From Octopus bimaculoides (taxonomy: Eukaryota): 38,202 nucleotides of DNA. Both the position numbers and the translations under genes were made by a program. Shown here one piece after another: positions 1-10,046 of the stretch; within the stretch, counting starts at the first letter, position 1; the number at the start of each line of letters is the position of its first letter. Under the pieces are notes generated by a model. The model did not search any database. It had not been told where the DNA came from and worked only from the letters and a program-made list of their open reading frames with translations. The DNA lies in contig NC_068989.1 in assembly GCF_001194135.2 (NCBI RefSeq), positions 15,307,578-15,345,779 on the forward strand, written 5' to 3'.

Positions 1-222
1 GGAGACAAACGCTCAAGATGTTATTTAAATCATTTATATCACCACATCACATTTGTTAAAATGTCTTATTGATGCACACTGTTGTTTATATCCTCCCTGA
101 TGAGGTTGATGCATTGTTCCACATTATTCATCCTCTCGGATTCATTTTATGCAACTATCGAAACATATGTCGGTGATCTGGTAATATAAATGATTTAAAT
201 AAAATCTTGAGCGTTTGTCTCC
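1..222. repeat. ~44-bp inverted repeat pair (1-44 / 179-222) enclosing a hammerhead-like motif; probable Penelope-like element terminal remnant
   Basis: GGAGACAAACGCTCAAGATGTTATTTAAATCATTTATATCACCA (1-44) vs the reverse complement of 179-222 shows 2 mismatches. The left arm is cut by the window edge. Confidence 0.75.
91..177 (+). ncRNA. Type I hammerhead ribozyme-like motif (Penelope-type, palindromic stem III)
   Basis: CTGATGA (97-103), G104...C159 closing stem II with GTTG/CAAC, GAAA (160-163), palindromic CATATG (164-169), TC (170-171), GGTGAT (172-177). Stem I is partly mismatched. Confidence 0.6.
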
Positions 223-343
223 ATTTTCCATTATTCTTATGTTCTCCAAAATACATCTCACACTTCTCCCCGGAATTAACCTCCACTCAAGTGTGATCAC
301 TAATTCCTAGGACGCTCATGTGACATCTGACTACCGCTGCGTA

Positions 344-374
344 TGTGTGTGTGAGTGTTGCGCGCGCGTGTATG

Positions 375-438
<64 letters not shown>

Positions 439-456
439 TGTGAGTGTGTGTGTGTA
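344..456. repeat. Compound (TG)n/(TA)n microsatellite
   Basis: Directly visible. Confidence 0.95.
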
Positions 457-1089
457 GCTAAAAAGCTACCACAATGCAAGTTTGGAAATAAACGAGATAA
501 ATAGAAGAGATTGAAGAAAATCCAAAGTAAGAAAAGAACAATATCTTACATTTTAAAACTATATTTCAATATTTCGTGTCAGAAAAAAAAAAACAATTAC
601 ATATAAAAAAAAATGGAGAACGTTACTATTGTCTATAGAGATCAAAATAAATGGATAAGGGATTTTCAAATGTAGAATATTGAAATGTAAGACGAAAATG
701 TGAGCCATATTTCTTATTTTGTTTTAGTTTTGCTTCTGTATATATTTATTTCCAGACTGAAATTGTGCCTTTCTTAGATAGTATTTCTGTGTTTCTGCAT
801 TTCACAAGAGAAGAGTTGTGGTTTTACATTCGAAAATCTTAGAGATTTATTGTATAAATGTAATTTTGCATTAACATCTAAGCAATGATAATATTTGAAA
901 AACAGTATCTATTCCAACACTCCAACAGAAAAAAAAAAACAATTTTAACCAAACAAGAATAGAAACAGTCTTACGAAAATGATTCTCTCCACTTCTAGAG
1001 AAGATAACAAGAAAAGAAAATATGACATTCGTCCTTTTAAAACACTCAATCTGATTATTGAAACCAATGGAATAATGGTTGATAAATAC

Positions 1090-1187
1090 CTGTAACTGAA
1101 TACATGTGCTGTAATTGCTCCATTCCTGATCGGTTTTTGGAAACATCCACCAGGTGCCATTAGCTTCGCAATATTTGTGTGCTTTAC
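1090..1187 (-). CDS. Internal exon of a class B (secretin-family) GPCR, C-terminal half of the hormone-binding extracellular domain; calcitonin/CGRP/DH31-receptor-like
   Basis: Acceptor tatctatttacag| and donor CAG|gtattt flank 98 nt (phase 1 to phase 0) reading xGT-KAHKYCEANGTWWMFPKTDQEWSNYSTCIQLQ. It has the K-x-C-x3-G-x-W and W-S-N-Y-x-x-C motifs, the long spacer typical of calcitonin-type receptors, two N-glycosylation sequons (NGT, NYS), and the same exon phases I recall for vertebrate CALCR. Confidence 0.88.
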
Positions 1188-1602
1188 CTGTAAATAGATA
1201 ATATAATTTTGCTTTTGTTTTATGGTTTTCCGTATAGGTTATAGCAAAGCTATTGGGTTGAATTCTAGATAATAGCTGTTGTAAATGCAGCTTTTGGCTC
1301 GGTTAGCAGATGACATAAATAAACGAATACCATAGCTACATTCTCAAATAGCGGAATAATATCAGTTGAAATTTTTTGCACCTCCGACGAACGATATTAC
1401 ACAAAACTCATTTCTTTCTCGCGGCATCAAATCATTCCATTGTTTGAATTAGCTAAATTACTTTCTACCGATACAGAATACCATTGCAATGTGATCCTAT
1501 TATAGATTGTACCTGTGCAGTCGTTTTAGGTGTTGAAGTGATAGAAATGATCAGGAGAGAAGAGAAGGAAGCATGTCTAAAGATTTGATGGCATCCATCT
1601 AT

Positions 1603-1603
<1 letters not shown>

Positions 1604-1677
<74 letters not shown>
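1604..1677. repeat. (CA)n microsatellite
   Basis: Directly visible. Confidence 0.97.
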
Positions 1678-1678
<1 letters not shown>

Positions 1679-2057
1679 CTTTTTTTATCTTTTAGTAGCT
1701 TCAGTAATTTTGACGGCCATGTTGGGGCACCGCCTTGATGGTTTTTTAGTCGAACAAATCGATCCTAGAACTTATTTTTTGTTAGGCCTAGTACTTATTC
1801 TATCGGTCCCTCTTTGCCGACACGCTAAGTTATGAGGACATAAGCACACCAACACCGGTTGCCAAACTGTATTGGGAGACAAATACAGACACAAAGACAC
1901 ATATATATGTATATATATCAGCTTCCGTCTACCAAATCCACTCACAAGACTTTGGTTAGCCCGAAGTTATAGTAGAAGACACTTGCTCAATGTGCCATGC
2001 AGTGGGACTGAACCCTGAACCATAAGGTTGAGAAGGAAGCTTCTTACCATACAGCCA
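1678..2057 (-). mobile_element. tRNA-derived SINE, family A (near full length, degenerate)
   Basis: Minus strand gives a tRNA-like head (...GGTTCAGTCCCACTGCATGGCAC), GAGTGGATTTGGTAGACGGAAGCTG, a central microsatellite and an AATAAGTACTAGGC...TCGACTAA 3' half shared with other copies in the window. Confidence 0.85.
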
Positions 2058-2555
2058 AGGTTAAGAGGTTTCACACGAGTAAATTTATATTATAATAATA
2101 TTATATTATATTGCATTGAGGACTTTATCACTGATAAAAACAAGAAAGTATTTACATTTTTATCAGAATATGCTACCGGTTTCGATAGCTTAGAAATACG
2201 ATTTAGTCATGCTGAAATAAAAGGAAAACTAAACTGAAATAAATAAATAAAATTAATCTTCTATGAAATCATTTCTGGAAGTCTACATGTTTTATTACAA
2301 AACACGCTAACTTCTAGAAGTGGTATCGTGAAAGTTTAGTTTCATTTATTTCAAACTACTTTCATTTTTATCTCTGCATGAATAAATTGTCTGTTTAAGC
2401 AATTGAAAGCGGTAAGATATTTTGATATAAATATAAATACTTGTTTTTATTCGGGATAAAATTCTCAAAGCCTTTTCTTTTTGTATACACGCACATATAC
2501 ACGCACATACACATTCATAAATACACATACACACATATGGATGTATGTATGAATG

Positions 2556-2589
<34 letters not shown>

Positions 2590-2635
2590 CACAGAGTAGA
2601 GATCAAATAAAGTTAGGTCTAATGACATAATGTAT

Positions 2636-2668
<33 letters not shown>

Positions 2669-2879
2669 TAGAGTTCAGGTAAAATTGCATTTAATGATTA
2701 AACGGAATAGACATACAATAAGTGCTCAGGTTGATTTATCACATAAAACTTCGACTTGAAATGCAGCTAAACCAAAAAGTGGTATTGTAGCAGCCAAACA
2801 ATGAATTGCTATAAGTGGGTTATCATTGAGCGGGTTTATGTACAATAGAAAGAAAGGATGAACAAACGAATAACGGGGA

Positions 2880-3051
2880 AGAGGGCAAATCGATTTCGTC
2901 GACTCCAGTGCTCAATTGCTACTTATTTTATGAACTTCGAAAGGATGATAGGCAAAGTAGGCTTCAGCGGAGTTTGAACTCAGAAAGTGAAGACAGACGA
3001 AATGCCGATAAGGATTTTTTCCGGCGTACCAACAATTCCACTACTACACCG
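2880..3051 (-). mobile_element. tRNA-derived SINE, family B (degenerate)
   Basis: Reverse complement matches the family B core TTCTGAGTTCAAA...GCCT..CATCCTTT...AAGTA...CACTGG.GTCGA seen at 9205, 15032 and 21979. Confidence 0.7.
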
Positions 3052-3974
3052 TATCTATTTATTTATACACACTCGCACACATATAACAAAAAGAAGATAG
3101 TCAGGATTTGGTTAAAACCTACAGTACGCACCCCCCACCCACACACTAGTTGTGTAACTAGATTACAGATTTGTTTTAAAATTTTCTTTCAAACAGTGAA
3201 AACATCACTGTGTGACAATTTAATATTTTCATTTAAAACTTTTCCCATTTCCACATTAATCTCTTAGGGTTTTCTTAAGTCTTGTAATGATTGAAGAGTT
3301 CATCGGCTTCATCATTTGAAAAAAAAACCAAAAAAAAAAACCCAGTAAATGCGTGTTATTCTCACACCTTACAATTTAGCGAATGGACATAGGAATAATG
3401 TTATCACTTATAAAACCATTACTGCATTTAAGATTGTTTAACGGTTTAGCCATGGTACTATTCATGATTTCGTTCATGTGCACTGTATCTCTGTGTTGAT
3501 TTTTGACCCATATTGTGCCATTAATAAAACTTCCATAGATAATATCGTTGAGTTTTGGTCCGTGAAATTTTATGCTGGATAGTAGTGATGAATAAAGAGA
3601 AGTAGTCGGATTGTTTTAAAGGTTTCGAAAATAATTCCACCCTTAAATTTACTATCAAATATAGATCTAACATAAATTTAGAGCACATCCTTACTCTAAT
3701 CTTAAATATAAAGATAGGAATAAGGACCACCCCAATTCACGGACACACAAGATTATAAACAAATTACAACACGTACCATATATAATCACAAAATTATAGT
3801 TGGAATATATTAAAACAGACAACAGTATGAAAATCGCATGACTATAAAACCGCAAATTTGAAAGCCCCTGAATGTATTTCAGACACCTAATGTATTATGC
3901 ATATAAGCATGAGAATTGTAAACTTCGTGACTCAAACTGATACATCGGATAAGACTCAGAAACATGTCCCTGAA

Positions 3975-4166
3975 TGTAGGCTAGGCTGGGTGGAGGAGTT
4001 TGTCCCCCCTCGCAAACATAAGGACACAGGAAATGTGTCAAGGCCGACAGGAAGCGGTCCAGCTTCCTAGGGCTAAATAGCAGTAGTATATTCCCTTATT
4101 GGGACTGTCACGTTAAGTTGGCAGTATACAACTACTTTATCGCATCACTACTGCTTAAGTCTCTCT
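3975..4166. repeat. Unclassified ~192-bp structured interspersed repeat, copy 1
   Basis: Nearly identical (about 4 differences) to 6825-7017. Confidence 0.9.
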
Positions 4167-4508
4167 GAGAGATTTAGAAATATATTATTTCTAATTATAT
4201 ATACATATATNNNNNNNNNNTATATATATATATATATATATATATATGTTATTAGAATAGTTATTTCTGCTCGTTTGGGGACCTGAATCTGACAAAATAC
4301 TCACATGATGGAGCTCCTTCCCCACAATGAAAGAACATATGATAAAATAAAAAATGACTCGAACGGAAACAAGCTACATTTTTACATGCAATAGACAAAA
4401 AAAAAAAGAAAAAAAGAGAGAATAAAACTTAATTTCTCCGCAGAAGAAATAAAACCAGCCTTCTTAGTTAAAACCACAAAATTTAAAACTTTTTAAATGA
4501 CATAAATG

Positions 4509-4554
4509 ACATCATCATCATTATCATCATCATCATCCTCATTATTATCATTAT

Positions 4555-4586
<32 letters not shown>

Positions 4587-4607
4587 ACAACAACAAAACA
4601 ATAACAA
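4509..4607. repeat. Compound (ATC/ATT/AAC)n trinucleotide microsatellite
   Basis: Directly visible. Confidence 0.9.
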
Positions 4608-4859
4608 CTGACACTATTTGTCAAACGAAAACTTGAATGTGGAAACTGATTTTGGTGATAAAGAAATTTATTCCAGATGGTCCCTAGATATAAATGGAGA
4701 AAAATTCTCCTTAGTGGAGATATGTGATAAAGGAATATGCATCCATAGCCTCGCCCTTTATCGAACATTGAGTAAAAAGAAAAAAAAGTAATATATCTCT
4801 GCACCTCGAAAGCAACAGAGACATTTTTCATTTTCATGATAAATCAGTTCCAGAAAGCA

Positions 4860-5860
4860 TGACCGAAATGTGGAGCAATATTTTCTCCATTCACCAAGGT
4901 AGAAACTGCGCAAACACGTACATAAGATTCAGAATTGAGAGTGAAACGATGTGTTAACCTGTTTAGAAAAATATACATCGTTAAATGGAACGGGTAACAC
5001 AAAAGTTACGTAAAGGATATTGGGTTTTCATTATTTTAGCAGTGCAATATGGGAGAATGGCAGACCTGGAGGTTATCAAGAGGAATATGTTGATGGGTGA
5101 ATCTATATGTATAGATAAGTCTTAACAGCCTTTGAAGACTATAAATCTGTTCCATAGTTGTACCTCACTGAGGATACAGAAAGAAGAGTTATGAGACTTG
5201 CAATGCAGGACATAAAACCCAGCTGCTACACATGTAGCAGTAAGGAACATTTAAGGGATATTTTGCTTAGAGGATGTCAAAAGACAGACGAAGATGACAG
5301 TAAAGACTAGAACAGCAGCAGACTACGAAAGCTGTTGTAAGAGACCCACAAGTCGCAGATCCGGAAATAGTGGATGAAACCGACTCATCTTTGGCTACAA
5401 GAGCCATCTCACAGGAAATTGCTCAGGAAAATCAACGGTCAAGAAGGACCACGAAGCGAAATTCGGAAAAGCAGAAAAAAGAAACAGAAAAAAAGCAAGG
5501 AACCCAGACTGAAGGCGAAGAAGAGCACACTTCTTCTCAGAACAACTTAAAATTCAAGCCCCTGCAAATGAGCAACGTACCCTCAGTTCAAAGGTAATCG
5601 TTCTGAATTAATTGATAAATGATGTGCTGCTGGAGGAGGAGAAAACAGAGCAGGATTTTAAAGAATTGGAATGGTAGAATTTTGTAGATCACATCAATGA
5701 TTTATTATACCATAAAAGAGGAATTCTCACTAGAGACATTAGATGCCTTGTGTCCGGTCCAACGCAGAAAATACTCACAGATAATTTGGGTGCACTAGGT
5801 TTTAATATGAAAATTAATTAACAGCCAGGTGGGTCAGAACTGTTGTAGGGCTGCTTCCAG
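4860..5860 (+). mobile_element. Decayed ORF1 (gag-like, zinc knuckle) of a Tx1/L1-type LINE
   Basis: Frame reads ...LAMQDIKPSCYTCSSKEHLRDI (CX2CX4H at 5224-5250, last Cys lost), then a K/E/Q-rich low-complexity segment and a further protein-like tail with stops. Boundaries are approximate. Confidence 0.5.
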
Positions 5861-6104
5861 ACAATCTAGCTGTTTTTCTCAGTCGTGCGTGGGTATAAGT
5901 TATTCTATTTGTTTTCTTGCTTCATGAAATATCTTATTTTATATCTCTAATTGATATAATCATCTAATTACTTTGCACACTGTGTCATTCTAAGATGTCT
6001 AAACATATTTTGCATCTCTGCCCCTACTGTATTAATACAGCGTTATTTTGTTAATCGCCACATTTTATAACACATTTGAACGCGTTTCTTCATGTGACTG
6101 AATA

Positions 6105-6325
6105 GGCAGGCGTGCAGGCTGGATCGTTAGCGCATTGGACAAAATGCTTAGTGGTATTTTGTCTGGCTCTTTATGTTCTGAGTTCTGTCCAGATTAACTT
6201 TTCCGCTCATCATTTGGGATAAAAAGATGTACCAGTCAAGCACTAGGGTCGATGTAATCGACTGTCTTCCTCTCTATAAAATTATTGGCGTTGTGCTAAA
6301 ACTCGAACCCATTGTTGTTATCAAT
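6105..6325 (+). mobile_element. SINE family B (degenerate)
   Basis: ATCGTTAGC...GGACAAAATGCTTAG.GGTATTT...TGTTCTGAGTT...GTACCAGTCAAGCACTAGGGTCGATGTAATCGAC. Confidence 0.75.
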
Positions 6326-6329
6326 ATTT

Positions 6330-7850
6330 TGAAATGTAAGTCTAGCATCTACACTGATCTCTTCTCATATTTGCTCTTCTACAAACTCATGCGTCTTGTT
6401 TATTACTGTTAATCCATGGGGCAGCATCACAACAATGCTCCTTCATACCTGCTCAAACTTTACTCCAAAGTAAGATATTTCTTGCTCTGAAGGACTTCTA
6501 TTTTGATTGTGTTCTTTTCAATGCGTCTATGAAATTTCGTTGAGTTATTTTGAACATGTCATTATTTTTGAAGAACCTCGATCGATTTTCAAAGCAGTGT
6601 ATGCTGTTTTAGCATGAACTTTTGTTTTATTATTTCCATCGCTCCAGCAAATCTGTGTTGAGACTTTAATTCATATTTTCTTATTATTGTTTTCTTCTTA
6701 AAAGGTTTTATATTATGATTATTATTTAAGATCGGAAAGATTTGTTTCTTGACTTTTCCATTGCTTCAGTAAATTTGTGTTCAGACTTTAATCCATATTT
6801 TCTCATTATCTCTCTCTTCCTGACTGTAGGCTAGGCTGGGTGGAGGAGTTTGTCTCTCCGTCGCAAACATAAGGACACAGGAAATGTGTCAAGGCCGACA
6901 GGAAGCGGTCCAGCTTCCTAGGGCTAAATAGCAGTAGTATATTCCCTTATTGGGACTGTCACGTTAAGTTGGCAGTATACAACTACTTTATCGCATCACT
7001 ACTGCTTGAGTCTCTCTTAAATATTACTGCTTAAGATTTTGTGTATTTCTACATCAGATCGGAGAGGTTTGTTTCTTGAGTTTTCCATTGCCACATTGGT
7101 TTTCACAACGATGTGCCACTTTATATTTTAGTTTTATGCCAGACATTTTGGTGCATACAATAGCAGCAGCATAGAATAACTCATTTAGATATGTGATATC
7201 CAGTTTATTCTTCTTTATAATGATTTTATGATAATATCCACATGACAGATTACTCTGTCATATTTTCTTCTATTGCAAATCTTAAGAAGGTCAATGCGTT
7301 CCTTCATGTCCATATTTTGGACTTTGATCGGTTCTTAAATTATTATTTCTTCAAGTTCTCTCAGATCACTGTTCTTGATTTCATCATTATTTGTTTTCGC
7401 TAAATTGTTAGGAATTTCATAAAGATATTCTCCTTCAATGGTTTGATATTCACAGAATGTGTTTATGCTTTCTTATTGTGTATATCATGTTATTACTTCT
7501 TGTGACAGTTTTTCTATTCTGACCCTGACATCAGTTTTTGTCTATTGTATTTTGAATTGTATTCGTTGTTTCTTAGATCTGATTTTCTTTTATTTGATCA
7601 ATTTCAATATCTGTCAGCATTTGCTGTTATACAATATTTCATTCTCAAGTTTATTACTCTTAATGTTTAGTCTACCGCTGGAATTCTTTTCTCCAGACTT
7701 GGCATATTTCCTCAATGCTTGAAACCCCCGATAAATAATATACAGAAGTGAGATAAGTCTAAAAAAAACCTGTATCATTGCTTTCTCCGGACCATTTCCG
7801 TCTCTTGGTTTGAATGGTACCTGTTAGTATTGGACATGAAGGGCCGTCAG
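6330..7850 (-). mobile_element. Decayed 5' part of an R4/Dong-like (RLE-type) LINE ORF
   Basis: Frameshifted minus-strand segments TKRRKWSGESND, MDMKERIDLLKI, LDITYLNELFYAAAIV...KPMWQWK and FWSKV*AGMKEHCCDAAPWIN resemble the pre-RT region of R4/Dong elements as I recall it. Interrupted by the 6825-7017 repeat. Confidence 0.6.
6825..7017. repeat. Unclassified ~192-bp structured interspersed repeat, copy 2
   Basis: Nearly identical to 3975-4166; lies within the R4/Dong-like fragment. Confidence 0.9.
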
Positions 7851-8915
7851 AAGAATTTGTTCTGTGGTGGGAAAATTTGAACCAGTAGCAAGCATTTCGA
7901 CTCTGACTAATTCTTCTAAAGTGGCGCGACCCTTGTTAGCTCGAGCAGAAACCGATTCGGCATCGTTTCTGATGTGTTGCTATTAAGATGAGTTTGTGAG
8001 TAAAGTCTCTCAAAGACCGGTAATTTTATTGAAACATCTCTCGATAAGGCTGTCCACCACGGCTTATTTACTCCTAGTTGACACAAAAGTATCCCACTCT
8101 TGTTGACTATCCAGTAAATTGCCTCGTGGGTGTTTTATAACCACCTCCCGTTTTGCCATGGACAATTTCCGAAAATCCCTAGCCGGTAGTGTTACCGGGG
8201 TGGTGGCATTGCCGCTCCGGGATAAATTCTATAGGCATGGTAGTGCCGTCAGTCTTGACTGTCCGAGATGCGTGCAGATTGAAGAAACCGTCTTGCGGGT
8301 GTTTCTATAGTGTTTGAGTATTGCAGACTTGTGGAATTATGTTGAACAGCAGCTATCACATGTTGGACAGATCCGGCAACTGGCCGATTCCATCGTAAGG
8401 ATCACCCCTCTGCTTTCCTTTGGTCGAGGACGGTAGGCAGTTTCCCTCTGTCTGGTGGTTAATACCAATGAAGTTGTGTGGTGGATGAAACTGAAAGGTC
8501 TGAAGACGGACGCTTTCCTCTTTGGCCAAGCCCTCATTGACATTATAGAATTCCACTTGGAAAGGAAAGTGAGGACTGAGGGGATGTGCTACACCCTACC
8601 CTTCCGTAAATTTGTTGAAATTTGGGTGAAAGTGGCAAGGGTGACTCGAATTTAAGTTGGGGCTAGTAAGCTGAGAAGTAAGGAAGAGGGAGAAACAATT
8701 ACAATGGTACTCCTGGTGAGTAGGGTAGGCCGAGATGTGTGGGTCTCCTTGATTGCCCCTGGGTGGCGTTTTCCTGCTCATTAGAAAATTTGTTTCTTAA
8801 AAAAACTTTTGCTAATTGTTATTACTTCAATTGTTAACACGGTTATATATACGTTAATCCCCACTGTCCTGTCTTTGTATTATCCTGAATGTTCGCGGCC
8901 AGTAAAGAAGACATT
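7850..8915 (+). mobile_element. 3' part of a Tx1/L1-type LINE (ORF2 C-terminal zinc-binding region plus 3' UTR)
   Basis: MDNFRKSLA...ALPLRDKFYRHG...DCPRCVQIEETVLRVFL*C...LWNYVEQ matches the L1-clade C-terminal CPxC...EETxxHxFxxC motif. ORF ends at 8655; the UTR runs into (TTC)25. Confidence 0.8.
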
Positions 8916-8990
8916 TTCTTCTTCTTCTTCTTCTTCTTCTTCTTCTTCTTCTTCTTCTTCTTCTTCTTCTTCTTCTTCTTCTTCTTCTTC
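8916..8990. repeat. (TTC)25 microsatellite
   Basis: Directly visible. Confidence 0.97.
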
Positions 8991-9013
8991 AGGTAACGGT
9001 TATTTATCTTTTT

Positions 9014-9203
9014 AAGGTGGCGACGGTTATTTGCCCGTCGCTACGTTTTGAATTCAAATTCCGCCGAGGTGGACTTTGCCTTTCATCCTTCGGGAGGGTC
9101 AATAAATTAAGTACCAGTGAAACACTGGAGTCTGTGTAAATCGACCAGTCCCCTCCCCTAAATTCCAGGCCTTGTGCTTATAGTGAAAAAGATTATTATT
9201 ATT
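9014..9203 (+). mobile_element. SINE family B, internally deleted head, (ATT)n tail
   Basis: AATTCAAATTCCGCCGAGGTGGACTTTGCCTTTCATCCTT...AAGTACCAGT...CAGGCCTTGTGC...GATTATTATT. Confidence 0.85.
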
Positions 9204-9204
9204 G

Positions 9205-10030
9205 AAGTGGCAGCTGGCAGAATCGTTAGCATGCCGGACAAAATGCTTAGCGGTATTTCGTCCGTATTTACGTTCTGAGTTCCGTCTCGGTCGATTTTGC
9301 TATTCATCTTTTCTGGGTCCATAAAATAAGTACCAGTTGAGTACTGGGGCCGATGTAATCTACTGGCTTCGCTCCTCCAAATTTCAGGCCTTGTGCCTTT
9401 AGTAAAAAGGATTGGATCTTTTTTAAAACGGGGGCCACATTTTTCATTAACGAAACACTTTGAAACTTGGAACACTGGTAGAATGTGTCATATAAAACAT
9501 CTTTTTCTCTTAGTCTTCTTAAAAAAAAAAGAAATTCATAAATTATTCCATGTTAAAGTTGTCCTATTTCTGTAATTTCAACCAATCACTGACGTCCATT
9601 CAGCCGATATACATTAAGTGCCGACTACATAAACAAACGATTCTGAAACAATTAACCCTAACCCTAACTCTAACCCTAACCCTAACCCTAGAGTTAGGGT
9701 TAGGGTTAGGGTTAAAGCAAATTTAAAATGAAAAAAGCAAATAAAACGAAGGTATGGAGATTAAATACGCTTTACATCGCTTAATCAGCCAAAGGAGTAA
9801 ATCTAAACAACTGAATACTTGTCAGTGATTGGTTGAAATTATCGAAATAAGACAATTTTTTACATGAAATAAATTCGAATACAAAAATATTTTTCTGTTC
9901 TATAACACAAAATAGATAAGTATACGAAGTTTGAAAGTCTTTCCGTACCAAAAACACTACGTAAAACATTAATGAAAAATGTGGCCCCCGTTTTAAAAAA
10001 GATCCAAAGGATTATCATTATTATTATTAG
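9205..10030 (+). mobile_element. SINE family B, tail split by the 9414-10005 MITE
   Basis: Body at 9205-9413 ending CCTTTAGTAAAAAGGATT; the (ATT)n tail resumes after 10013. Confidence 0.85.
9414..10005. mobile_element. 592-bp non-autonomous DNA transposon (MITE), Merlin-like, with central telomeric palindrome
   Basis: Perfect 37-bp TIRs GGATCTTTTTTAAAACGGGGGCCACATTTTTCATTAA (9414-9450 / 9969-10005). 8-bp TSD AAAGGATT (9406-9413 / 10006-10013). Inner perfect 21-bp IR (9573-9593 / 9821-9841). Superfamily is inferred from GG termini plus the 8-bp TSD. Confidence 0.9.
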
Positions 10031-10046
10031 TGGTGGTGGTCGTGGT

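Noticed and set aside
3376-3615. 79-codon open minus frame (…IYGSFINGTIWVKN…) with a possible acceptor at 3575
   Set aside because: No recognisable motif or good donor; several open frames of this length are expected by chance in a window this size.
3975-4166. HDV-like ribozyme reading of the 192-bp repeat (CCCTCGC / TCCTCCAC loops)
   Set aside because: I could not build P1/P2/P3 pairings on either strand.
4295-4363. Possible ~69-nt exon between a tag acceptor and CAT|gtgagt donor (phase 1-1 possible; coordinates approximate)
   Set aside because: The translation lacks WDG/CW/CP and is too short for the expected GPCR exon.
9652-9716. True telomere or chromosome-fusion site
   Set aside because: Only about 10 units, and enclosed by transposon TIRs and a TSD.
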